Source of the DNA: an uncultured Verrucomicrobiota bacterium | GTDB taxonomy: Bacteria; Verrucomicrobiota; Kiritimatiellia; RFP12; UBA1067 | Length of the DNA stretch: 64,000 nucleotides | Assembly (NCBI GenBank): GCA_946610035.1 | Contig: CAMOCC010000001.1 | Location: forward strand, 35,948-99,947 | Direction: 5' to 3' | Shown: in pieces, positions 36,391 to 44,532 of the stretch | Numbering within the stretch: position 1 is the stretch's first letter | Layout of the letters: each line of letters opens with the position of its first letter | Translations under genes and position numbers: made by a program | The notes under the pieces: model-generated | Databases searched by the model: none | The model's input: the letters and a program-made list of their open reading frames with translations, nothing else | Told to the model about the DNA's origin: nothing

Positions 36391-39300
36391 CTATTTGATT
36401 TCGACCGGGAAGCTTCGCTTCGCGGTCTTTCCTCCAAGGCGATCCGAGAAAAGGCAATGGCCGAGGCCGAACGCCACATTCTCCATTTCAATCAGCTCGT
36501 CGTTGTCCTCGCCGCAGTCGCAGTCGCTGAACCAGCCGCGTGTGAGTACGCCCGTGAACTTCGCCGATACCCGGGCCTTGCCTTCGAACGAGAGTGTCGA
36601 TTTCCCGGTGAAGACGCCCGTTGAACGGTTCAACTTGAACGAGAACCCTGTCGCCTTCGTTGCGGTGGCGCTGGAATCCGTGATGGTCACAACCGCGCCC
36701 TCGCCGGCCACATGCATGAGCTCTCCCCAGGCCGGACTCGGCGCGACGGACTCCGTCACGGGCGCAAACTGCAACGCCAGCGTTTCGTCGTCGATGCCGA
36801 CAAGCAGCGAATCGTTCTTGTCATACCAGCTCCCGCGTACGGCAAAGGTGCGCGTAAACGATCTTCCCTTGGTTTTATTCGTCCAGACGGCCTCGGTGCC
36901 GTCCTGCGCGATGACGGCGCGGGTCGACGGGGCGTCCCCGGCGTTGCGCCGTACCTTCAGCACAGCCGCGAACGTTTCGACGCCGACCGTGCGCAACACG
37001 GGCACAATGCCGAAGTTGGCGTCCACCCACGTTACGCTGGACGACCCCGTCAGCGTCTTGCCGTCGGGAAGGTGGATCGTGTATTTAAACTGTCCTTTCT
37101 TTTTCGCCGTCGTCGTCGCGGCCATCTTCAGTGTCATGACGGCATCTCCTGCCGGTTCTGTCGTCGACGCGTTGTCGACAGACGGAAACGCCACGGTGTA
37201 TACGCCGGAAAATGCGCCATAGCTCTCGGCGAGGCCGCATTCACCCGAAGCAAGTGTGCTTGTGCCGTCGTCGACTTCAGCGGCCACAACGCCGTCTGCT
37301 CCCATGACCAGCGAAAGGGTGAAGTTCTTCTTGGTCAAAAGGGCGGTCGCGGTGCCGTCGGCGGCTATGTCGTCGTCCCACTTGCCCGTGAACAGGGCAA
37401 GACTGCCTCCGCCCGCCGAATACTTGGCAGAGATCCTTCCGTTCTTTTTCAGCGACAACGCAAGGAGCCCTTTGAGCGTCGTGCCGTCGGACGCATAGAG
37501 CGGCAACGTCGTCGTCAGGGCCTTGGATGTCCAGTCGTTTGTGAACGGATTGTCTATGGCTTTGCGCGAACCAGCCAGCGTGTAGGCCGTGACGGTGCTC
37601 GCGGCGGACGCGTCGGCCGCAAGCGTCCCCGAACCTTCGCCCACGACCGAAACGTAATAGTTGCCTCCCGTGGATGATATGACGCCCGTCGCGCTCACGC
37701 CGTCTGAAAGGCGTCCCGTGGCAGTCGCCACCGTGCGCGCCGTACCGCCGACGACTTCTATGATGCTGACGGTCGCCGTTGTGTTGGCGTCGCTGCCGCT
37801 GACGGTGATTGTCTGCGAAGCCGCCGCTGCGGAAGTCGCGGCAAGGCGGTATGTGTCGGCGAGGTCGAGCGCTGAAAGCGTCGCGGTCGTTGCGGTGTCG
37901 CCCGTGAACGAATCATTCGTCGTCTGCCAGGAACGGTTGTCCAGATCTCCGTCGCCGTTTGCGCCCATCTCCACCAGCTCCGTGAAACGCTGGAGGTATG
38001 CCGCATTGAACTCGGAAGGACCAATCGCGTCGAACGTCTCGAACGTCCCCGCGAGTTTGCCGTCGCGCGTCAGCGCGAAGAAGTTCGGGATGCCCGTGCG
38101 GTTCTGGTTGGCGCGGTTCGGGTCGTTCCAGCCCCCGTTCAGCGTGTTCTGGCCGACAAGCGACCGGTTGCGGTTCAGTGTCGCTTGCGCGGCGGCATCC
38201 GAGACCATGTGGCGCGAAAGGTAGCCGGCGCCGCTCTGGTAGCGTTCGAGCTCGTTTGTCGCCAGCGTGCCGCGGCCCGAGATGTAGCCGTCGCTAGTGC
38301 GGCCGACGACGCGCGTCAGCAGGCAGGCGGAATTCGTCGTATTCGGGAAGTTGGGCACGTCGATGTCGACGAGAATAACCTTGTTGTCAACGGCCCATTC
38401 CTTGAAAGCCGTGGTTTCCAGTACATGTTCGTCGGTCATCACGCAGTCGGGGCACCAGAGTGAACCACTGGCCACGGCCATCAGGCGCGAATCGGGTTCG
38501 TTGCGGTATTTTTCCATCGCCACGTCCAGGTCCATCGTCCATTCGCCGTAATCAAGCGTCGCGGCGGTGCGCTCGCCGATGAAGAAGGGGTTCTTCGTCG
38601 AGTTCTCCCGTTCGCCCACGAGGAAGATGCGGACGCGTCCGCGCGCGTTCCCGGTTTCGTCCAGGAGCGCGAGGGCGATCGCGCCGCCGGCTTTCGCCGA
38701 TTCCGGCACGGCGACGCGCACGGTCCGCGCGGTTTGATTCTTCTGCCAGGCGACCGTCGCGCGCTGTATTTCCTGGCCGCCATAGGTGGCCGTTAACGTG
38801 TTCGTGGCCGCAAAAGCAGCCGCCGCAGCGTCACGCACGAGCGGAACATCGACGTATTTCGTGAAACCGACCTCGGCCTCCAGTCGCGCGTGTTCATATT
38901 CGGACGTAAACAACAGATCGCCGCCGAGATAATCGGGAATTGGCGCGTACCCGGCGAAGAAGGACTCGGCGCGGCTCTTGAGCGTCGCGGCGCTGTCGGT
39001 GGTAAAGCTTGTCGCCGCCACGCCGCTGGCCTTGGGCCAGTAGAGGCAGAGGTACGGATATCTCGATGGCGTCTTTGTCGCGGTGCCGGCCGCTTTCCCG
39101 GCGAAATTCTTGACGACGGACGTGCCGTCCGGATCCTTGCCGTTTTTCCCGAGAACGAAACAGAACAGATAGCCGGACGCGTCCATCCACTGCGTAAACG
39201 ACGACGATTGCACGTCCGCTTCCAGCGCCGCGCAGTGGCTGCAGCCGGTGTTCGCCCAGAAGACCACGAGCGGACGATGCGCCGTGACGGCGGCGTTCGT

Positions 39301-39417
39301 CGCGGCGACGAAATCGGCATCCCAGCCAGGCAGAGTCGCACCCGCGACGCCAGAGGAGGACACGCCAAGTCCTATCGCAAGGACGAGCGCTGACAAAAGA
39401 GGGGGTTTTGTTCTCAT
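36391..39417 (-). CDS. Large (1008 aa) secreted protein with two thioredoxin-like CxxC modules and the shared Lys-rich C-terminal module
   Basis: Signal peptide. VVFWANTGCSHCAALE and MAVASGSLWCPDCVMTDEH. C-terminal ...KSTLSFEGKARVSAKFTGVL... Confidence 0.55.
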   Translation of the reverse strand: MRTKPPLLSALVLAIGLGVSSSGVAGATLPGWDADFVAATNAAVTAHRPLVVFWANTGCSHCAALEADVQSSSFTQWMDASGYLFCFVLGKNGKDPDGTSVVKNFAGKAAGTATKTPSRYPYLCLYWPKASGVAATSFTTDSAATLKSRAESFFAGYAPIPDYLGGDLLFTSEYEHARLEAEVGFTKYVDVPLVRDAAAAAFAATNTLTATYGGQEIQRATVAWQKNQTARTVRVAVPESAKAGGAIALALLDETGNARGRVRIFLVGERENSTKNPFFIGERTAATLDYGEWTMDLDVAMEKYRNEPDSRLMAVASGSLWCPDCVMTDEHVLETTAFKEWAVDNKVILVDIDVPNFPNTTNSACLLTRVVGRTSDGYISGRGTLATNELERYQSGAGYLSRHMVSDAAAQATLNRNRSLVGQNTLNGGWNDPNRANQNRTGIPNFFALTRDGKLAGTFETFDAIGPSEFNAAYLQRFTELVEMGANGDGDLDNRSWQTTNDSFTGDTATTATLSALDLADTYRLAATSAAAASQTITVSGSDANTTATVSIIEVVGGTARTVATATGRLSDGVSATGVISSTGGNYYVSVVGEGSGTLAADASAASTVTAYTLAGSRKAIDNPFTNDWTSKALTTTLPLYASDGTTLKGLLALSLKKNGRISAKYSAGGGSLALFTGKWDDDIAADGTATALLTKKNFTLSLVMGADGVVAAEVDDGTSTLASGECGLAESYGAFSGVYTVAFPSVDNASTTEPAGDAVMTLKMAATTTAKKKGQFKYTIHLPDGKTLTGSSSVTWVDANFGIVPVLRTVGVETFAAVLKVRRNAGDAPSTRAVIAQDGTEAVWTNKTKGRSFTRTFAVRGSWYDKNDSLLVGIDDETLALQFAPVTESVAPSPAWGELMHVAGEGAVVTITDSSATATKATGFSFKLNRSTGVFTGKSTLSFEGKARVSAKFTGVLTRGWFSDCDCGEDNDELIEMENVAFGLGHCLFSDRLGGKTAKRSFPVEIK

Positions 39418-39490
39418 TGGATTATTCCTTTCATGTTAACTTGTTGTTATTGTTGTTTGTGTTTTGCATTCACCCCTCTATACAAAAATC

Positions 39491-40639
39491 TCAGAATAAC
39501 GCCGGTTGTGCAGCCGTCCGTTTCGCATCTTCAAAAATCTTTTCGCCGCTTGGATATGTAGGCGGATTTTTCGTGGCGAGATCTGCGATGAATTCATTGA
39601 ACAGTCGGTTCTGCCGCGCCTCGCGAATCTCCTTGGCGAACGCAGCGTCGTCAAGTTCGGGATAGAACTCAGGCAGATGGAAAAAGATGCGGCTAAGCGA
39701 GTAGACGGCGCGTCCGTCGCTTTCGACCTGCTTGTCGTCGACCCTGAGGATCATGAGCCCGTTGTCGCCTTCGACGGGCGGCGAGATGTTCCCGGACTCC
39801 ATCCGCGAAAGCGTCTTCGCGAGGACGGGGCTGTCGTTGAAATAATCCAGCGCGAAATCGCCCCATATGCCATCGTCCGTATCCGTTTCGTCGGTGGAAT
39901 ATTTCCGCACGGCGTCGCCGAAGGCGAGCTCGCCGTTTTCGATGGCGCGCCAGACGTTGGTCGCCTGCGCGAAAGTGAAATCGTTGGTGGCCGCGGCCAT
40001 TTGGTTGTAATTGCGCTGGCGTTGGCGAAGGCGGGCGATTTCCTCGTCCGTCACCTTCGCCGGACGGTTTGCGGCGTGCCACATGCGTACGCTCTCGGTG
40101 AGCGCTTCGATCCGGATGCGTTCGTCCAGTGTCGCGCGCTCGTCAGCGGTGAGCTTGCGCACGAACGACGGCCACGACGAAAAATCCTGTTTCGCGCTTT
40201 TCATCGCGCGCGCCCGCATAAGGTCAATCTCGTTCCGTCCCGCGGCTATGCCGTTTGTGGCGGCGAATTCCCTTACGGCGCAGTCGCGGGGGAATCCAAC
40301 CGGAACGGCGGCGAGCACGCGCGCGCCGAGAGCGTCGCGCAGCTGGAGGTTCTGTCCCTTTGGAAGCGACAGCTGCACCATCTTGACGCGCAGATCAATC
40401 AAACGGTCGGCCTCGGCCTTCGTGAGTGCGTTCGTGCCGCAACGGATGAGCACGGCGTCGTCAGCCAGATTCGTCCGCGCAGCCCGCGTCTTTGATTTCT
40501 TGGCACGATCACCGGTTTGTACGCCTGCGGGTGAAGCCGCATCCGCTTCGGGCTGCTCGCGCGAACACCCCGCGACAAGCAGAAGCGGCACGACAACGGA
40601 AAGCAGGAATTTTCTCGTGATGTTCATGTTCATGCGCAT
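39491..40639 (-). CDS. SurA/PrsA-like parvulin-type peptidyl-prolyl isomerase lipoprotein
   Basis: Lipobox LLVAGCS. PPIase/chaperone-like architecture. Paralog of 44533-45585. Confidence 0.5.
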   Translation of the reverse strand: MRMNMNITRKFLLSVVVPLLLVAGCSREQPEADAASPAGVQTGDRAKKSKTRAARTNLADDAVLIRCGTNALTKAEADRLIDLRVKMVQLSLPKGQNLQLRDALGARVLAAVPVGFPRDCAVREFAATNGIAAGRNEIDLMRARAMKSAKQDFSSWPSFVRKLTADERATLDERIRIEALTESVRMWHAANRPAKVTDEEIARLRQRQRNYNQMAAATNDFTFAQATNVWRAIENGELAFGDAVRKYSTDETDTDDGIWGDFALDYFNDSPVLAKTLSRMESGNISPPVEGDNGLMILRVDDKQVESDGRAVYSLSRIFFHLPEFYPELDDAAFAKEIREARQNRLFNEFIADLATKNPPTYPSGEKIFEDAKRTAAQPALF

Positions 40640-40645
40640 GGGTTT

Positions 40646-40683
40646 AGCCTGAAAAGGGGAATCGAGAAACCCCGATTCCCCCT
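40646..40683 (-). terminator. Rho-independent terminator after the left 'IWGCDCE' gene
   Basis: Minus-strand AAGGGGGAATCG-gggtttct-CGATTCCCCTTTT. Ends only ~12 nt before the next ATG. Confidence 0.6.
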
Positions 40684-40712
40684 TTGGCGTTCAGTAAGAA
40701 CGTATGGTTGGA

Positions 40713-41720
40713 TTACGACGCGTCGCCGCAGCTGGTCAGGAACAGAAGAGCGTTGACAACGTCGTTGTCGCCCTCATACTCTTCAGGCTCCATGTCTGCG
40801 CCATCGACGGTCGCGGTTGTGTAGGCCGCAACTGCGACGTCAGCAGCATCGACATACTCGCCGAACTGCTCACCTTCCTCCTCGACGGGCCAGAGTTCGT
40901 CATCGTCGTCGGAGGAGAGAGCGCCAGCAGCTGCGGCAGCCTCGATGCGCGTGACGAGCGTCTCGGCATCAGCAGTCTTCTTCGAGAACTTGAAGGACTT
41001 GCTGAGACGACCAGTCTTGCGGAGCTTTTGGGACGCAGACTTGTTGTACTTGATCTTCCAGGATCCGTACGCGGCCGTCAGGTCGGTGTCGTAGTACGCC
41101 GCCGTGCAGGGGCAGACCTGCCACGCGGTGCAATCGCTCTCGCCGCAGAACTTGCAACCGCCAGCCTCGGAGCCCGCGAGCAGGAAGCCTGCGAAGTTGC
41201 CGGACATGCTCGACAGGATCGTACGGCAGGTCGTGCCGCTAACCTTGCCGAAGCCAGCGCCGAGAAGCGCGACGGTGTTGTCGGCGTCCCAGTTGCGGAG
41301 GAGCCACACGCCCTCGGCCTTGTCGCCGGTGTCGATGCGGTTGAACGCGGCCCAGCCGAAGGTCGTGGAGAAGATGTTGAACACATTGTCCGCCCCGACA
41401 TTCCAGAAGAGGTAGCCGCCGACGGTCGTGCCGTTGTTGTAGGTGCGCCATGCGGGATCGGCGATCGTTTCGCAATCGCATCCCCAGATCACACCGGCGA
41501 TCTTCGTGGTGCCCTGCTTGCGGACAGCAATCTTCTCACCCTTGACGTCAGAATAGTCTTCACCCTCAAGCGTGGCGATCGTCTTGGTGTACTTAATCTC
41601 CTTGCACGCGGTGGACTTGACCGTCAGCGAGACGTCGTAGACCTGCGCATCCAGGGAGGTGGCTGCAAAGGCACCCGCACCAATGGCAGCGGTCGCTGCA
41701 GCAATCATGAGTTTCTTCAT
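40713..41720 (-). CDS. Secreted Cys-rich 'IWGCDCE' family protein (paralog 2, left target of the switch)
   Basis: MKKLMIAAATAAIGAGAFA. AQVYDVSLTVKST, GVIWGCDCETIADP, SGNFAGF, CKFCGESDC, GSWKIKYNKSASQK. Acidic C-terminal tail. Confidence 0.65.
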   Translation of the reverse strand: MKKLMIAAATAAIGAGAFAATSLDAQVYDVSLTVKSTACKEIKYTKTIATLEGEDYSDVKGEKIAVRKQGTTKIAGVIWGCDCETIADPAWRTYNNGTTVGGYLFWNVGADNVFNIFSTTFGWAAFNRIDTGDKAEGVWLLRNWDADNTVALLGAGFGKVSGTTCRTILSSMSGNFAGFLLAGSEAGGCKFCGESDCTAWQVCPCTAAYYDTDLTAAYGSWKIKYNKSASQKLRKTGRLSKSFKFSKKTADAETLVTRIEAAAAAGALSSDDDDELWPVEEEGEQFGEYVDAADVAVAAYTTATVDGADMEPEEYEGDNDVVNALLFLTSCGDAS

Positions 41721-41988
41721 TGTTTCTTTTTCCTTTTGCTTATTCGTTCGGCTTGGCGGACTTCCGCGTTGCCTCCCCCGGAGCTACCCGGTCGATCCAT
41801 TTGTTCCGGCGGTATCTTGCCGACCCACTTTGTTGCACCCGCGTGAGCACGGTCGACACACATGTTATGCCATTCAGCAGATTCGGGACGGTTTGAGTTT
41901 CACACCCCTCTTCCACCGACTCCTGTAGAGCAATTTGCGGGTCAACTTTCATTGAGCCCGGTTTTTCCTAGGCCCGGACACAATGTCC
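41690..41988. repeat. Left arm of ~295-bp inverted repeat (IR-L). Includes the 5' leader and first ~10 codons of the left family gene.
   Basis: Its reverse complement matches 43384-43680 almost base-for-base (about 5 mismatches near the ATG). Inner end is the palindromic GGACACAATGTCC. Confidence 0.9.
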
Positions 41989-42106
41989 GTGCCGGAGGCG
42001 TGTTTGTTTGCACCAAAGGCAAGTTTTTCTAAAGCAACATCAAACTGAGAAACTAGTGTTGAGGCTGACGGCCCCGTCATAGGGTGACTTTTTGGGCTTT
42101 GCCCTT

Positions 42107-43216
42107 CTAACAGACATCGCTGCAAAGCGGCGGAATGGCCCGCATCATAGAGTCCCTTAACGCTGACAGGGACGGTTGAGTGTATCGTGAGTGCATTCCT
42201 CCTCCGCCATGACCGGTGATGGCATCGGTAATGTGGGGCGGGATGCCGGCCTCGTCCATCATTGATATGAATGTCGCTCGCAACGAATGAAAAGAGGCCC
42301 GTCCCGCCCCGATTTGCATCACTCCGCACCTCCTAAAGGCATTTGCAAGTCGTCTTGACGGTCGATTTCTTACGGAATCCGGGAATATGTATCCTTTCTC
42401 CGTCATTCTGGCCTTGATGGCCTCCCCAGCCTCCCTTATTAGAGGTATAATGAGAGGGCGTGGCTTTTTCAAGCGCGTTTTGTTGGGGACGATTCTGAGA
42501 AATTTCCCTCCATCTGCTATTTCGGACGCTTCGAGCTCGGTTACATCCGATAGCCGCAATCCTGTGCCGAAGCCAATGGCCATCACGGCGGACATATCCT
42601 GGTCGTTTTCTCGCAAGTATTCATATATTGAGCTGGCTTCTGCCAGGGAGAGTCTTCTATAGAACTCTCTGGACCTGCTTCCAGCTGCTAGATTTCTGGA
42701 TTGTTGTGGACCGAGGTCCCATATTGAGTCGTCCAGCCCGACTGCTTGCCAGCATCGCCTATAGAAAGAAACCATACGTCGACATGATACGTATCTAGCC
42801 GACAACTCGTCCGAAATCGCAGCCGCCATTGACGGTGTCAGCTCGGACGGGCTTCCTTGACACTTCTCCATGGCAATTTGGTGAAGAATCTCGAGCCAGC
42901 GCGTGTGAGTCGGCTCTTCTTTGATGCACCGGGCGTCAATGACCACAGGAAGCGACAGTGCGCCCAGATTGTCCCAGTTGACGGATTTAGCAGCATTAAG
43001 AACCCTTAGCCTTTGTTCTGCGTCGCGCCCAAGGTTCTTAAGGTGCCTTAACCACTCCAACTCGCTCTGCGATTGGGGTATGAAGGCTCGCGCACGGATA
43101 CGCGCGACTTCGATATCGCCTGTTTTCAGTGAGAACCAGCGTATGCGGCCCTCGGTTCTTACTACATAGTAGAGCATTCTGCCCTTGCGTTGTATTGATC
43201 CACATTGAATTTTCAT
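42107..43216 (-). CDS. Tyrosine site-specific recombinase (integrase/invertase family)
   Basis: GLRLSDVTEL (box I Arg), KTRLKKPRPLIIP (Lys), HSLRATFISMM (H-x-x-R), ITGH, MHSRYTQ (Tyr nucleophile). Confidence 0.85.
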   Translation of the reverse strand: MKIQCGSIQRKGRMLYYVVRTEGRIRWFSLKTGDIEVARIRARAFIPQSQSELEWLRHLKNLGRDAEQRLRVLNAAKSVNWDNLGALSLPVVIDARCIKEEPTHTRWLEILHQIAMEKCQGSPSELTPSMAAAISDELSARYVSCRRMVSFYRRCWQAVGLDDSIWDLGPQQSRNLAAGSRSREFYRRLSLAEASSIYEYLRENDQDMSAVMAIGFGTGLRLSDVTELEASEIADGGKFLRIVPNKTRLKKPRPLIIPLIREAGEAIKARMTEKGYIFPDSVRNRPSRRLANAFRRCGVMQIGAGRASFHSLRATFISMMDEAGIPPHITDAITGHGGGGMHSRYTQPSLSALRDSMMRAIPPLCSDVC

Positions 43217-43312
43217 GATGTCGACATAGTATAAGTGCTTTATGTCTGATTGTCACGTGGAGCCGCGGAATTATGGCCATTATGAGCCGAAAGACACCCG
43301 AAAAAAAAATCA

Positions 43313-43358
43313 CGATACCCCCTTGCGCAACGGGGGTAAAATGTGGTACAATATTGTC
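43313..43358 (+). promoter_or_regulatory. Strong sigma70-type promoter inside the invertible segment: -35 TTGCGC, 18-nt spacer, TGgTACAAT. Near-duplicate of the rpsL promoter module at 11895-11945.
   Basis: cccTTGCGCaacgggggtaaaatgTGgTACAATat versus cccTTGCCAaacgggggcaaaatgTGgTAAACTat. Confidence 0.6.
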
Positions 43359-43383
43359 GCTTCCGTGGAACAGGGCGGGTTTC

Positions 43384-43680
43384 GGACATTGTGTCCGGGC
43401 CTAGGAAAAACCGGGCTCAATGAAAGTTGACCCGCAAATTGCTCTACAGGAGTCGGTGGAAGAGGGGTGTGAAACTCAAACCGTCCCGAATCTGCTGAAT
43501 GGCATAACATGTGTGTCGACCGTGCTCACGCGGGTGCAACAAAGTGGGTCGGCAAGATACCGCCGGAACAAATGGATCGACCGGGTAGCTCCGGGGGGAG
43601 GCGAAGCGGAAGTCCGCCAAGCTGAACGAAAAAGCAAAAGGAAACAAAGAAACAATGAAGAAGCTCATGATTGCTGCCGC
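43384..43680. repeat. Right arm of ~295-bp inverted repeat (IR-R). Includes the 5' leader and first ~10 codons of the right family gene.
   Basis: See IR-L. Inner end GGACATTGTGTCC. Confidence 0.9.
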
Positions 43681-44440
43681 TGTTGCGGCCATGACTGCTG
43701 GTGCCTTCGCTGATGCTTGCAGCGATCCCGAAGTGTCGAGCCAGTGCCGTGCCTGGGATGTCAAGATGTCCCTCAAGTCGCTCGGCCCCAAGAAGACCAC
43801 ATGCAAGATCTCGGCTGAGTCTCCTTGCGAAGACGACACCAAGGACACCGTCTACTACATGGACAACGTGACGCGTAAGGTGAAGGGCTACCTCTGGGTT
43901 TGCGACTACACCTGCGGCGCGGATGCCAACGTCGTTCTCTGGGATGAGAAGAACAAGGTCGCTCTTATTGCCTACGCTGAAGAGGCCGTCGCTATGGACA
44001 GTCTCTACGTCTATGGCAAGAAGGCCACGAAGGTTGGCGGAACGCTCGTGTTCGAGGGTGCTGACGCTCTTGGCGTCGACGGCATCGCGGTCACCGCTTC
44101 CGGCGTCACCGGCAAGATGGTCCGTGGCACGGCGGACGACGACTGCTACGTCAAGTCCCTCTCCGGCTACGCGGCTGGCGAGATCGCCTACATCAAGCCC
44201 GGCGCCAAGACGATCGTCAAGTCCGGCGGTCTCTGCGGCGAGCCTGAGGTCGAGGTTTGCGACGAGTACACGGCTAAGCTCCTCCCGTTCTGCGATGCTT
44301 GCTGCTTCGAGGGCTGGTGCGATGCCGAAGATGCTCCTGACATGGTCCCGGCGGCTGGTACCTGGTCCATGAAGTACAGCAAGAAGGTCTCGAAGGCCAA
44401 CAAGTCCATTGCGCAGCTCGTTCCTGCCTATGCCCTCTAA
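43655..44440 (+). CDS. Secreted Cys-rich 'IWGCDCE' family protein (paralog 3, right target of the switch; divergent member)
   Basis: MKKLMIAAAVAAMTAGAFA. AWDVKMSLKSL, KGYLWVCDYTCG, SLSGYAAG, CDACCFEGWC, AAGTWSMKYSKKVSK. Confidence 0.6.
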   Translation: MKKLMIAAAVAAMTAGAFADACSDPEVSSQCRAWDVKMSLKSLGPKKTTCKISAESPCEDDTKDTVYYMDNVTRKVKGYLWVCDYTCGADANVVLWDEKNKVALIAYAEEAVAMDSLYVYGKKATKVGGTLVFEGADALGVDGIAVTASGVTGKMVRGTADDDCYVKSLSGYAAGEIAYIKPGAKTIVKSGGLCGEPEVEVCDEYTAKLLPFCDACCFEGWCDAEDAPDMVPAAGTWSMKYSKKVSKANKSIAQLVPAYAL

Positions 44441-44464
44441 TCGGACATACCTGTAACGCAGCTA

Positions 44465-44500
44465 AGAGGGGTGATGGCTGATGCTATCCCCCTCTTTCAT
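44465..44500 (+). terminator. Rho-independent terminator after the right family gene
   Basis: AGAGGGG-tgatggctgatgctat-CCCCTCT followed by TTTCATTT. Confidence 0.6.
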
Positions 44501-44532
44501 TTATAGGTCCAATTGATGATAATATTGCAAAG

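Larger units (their letters stand above)
41989..43383. other. Candidate invertible segment (about 1.4 kb) carrying the recombinase gene and an outward-facing promoter
   Basis: Bounded by perfect long IRs. Contains the tyrosine recombinase CDS (minus) and a sigma70-type promoter (plus) at its right edge. Confidence 0.6.

Noticed and set aside
40640-40712. An independent promoter for cassette A between the left family-gene terminator and the PPIase ATG
   Set aside because: Only ~12 nt separate the terminator U-run from the first ATG, and no -10-like hexamer is visible there. Cassette A is therefore left without an identified promoter, and read-through from the switch remains a hypothesis, not a call.
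42107-43216. Interpretation of the tyrosine recombinase as a prophage or integrative-element integrase
   Set aside because: There are no phage or conjugation genes, no tRNA/tmRNA target, and no direct-repeat att sites. The gene is instead bracketed by long inverted repeats with a promoter inside, which fits a DNA invertase role. A degenerate remnant of a mobile element cannot be fully excluded.
43420-43713. Small ORFs MKVDPQIALQES... (41740-41952 minus and 43420-43713 plus) as protein-coding genes
   Set aside because: They are identical only because they lie inside the inverted repeats. They overlap the leader of the downstream genes and have no independent start signals. They are more likely non-coding leader sequence, though a regulatory uORF is possible.
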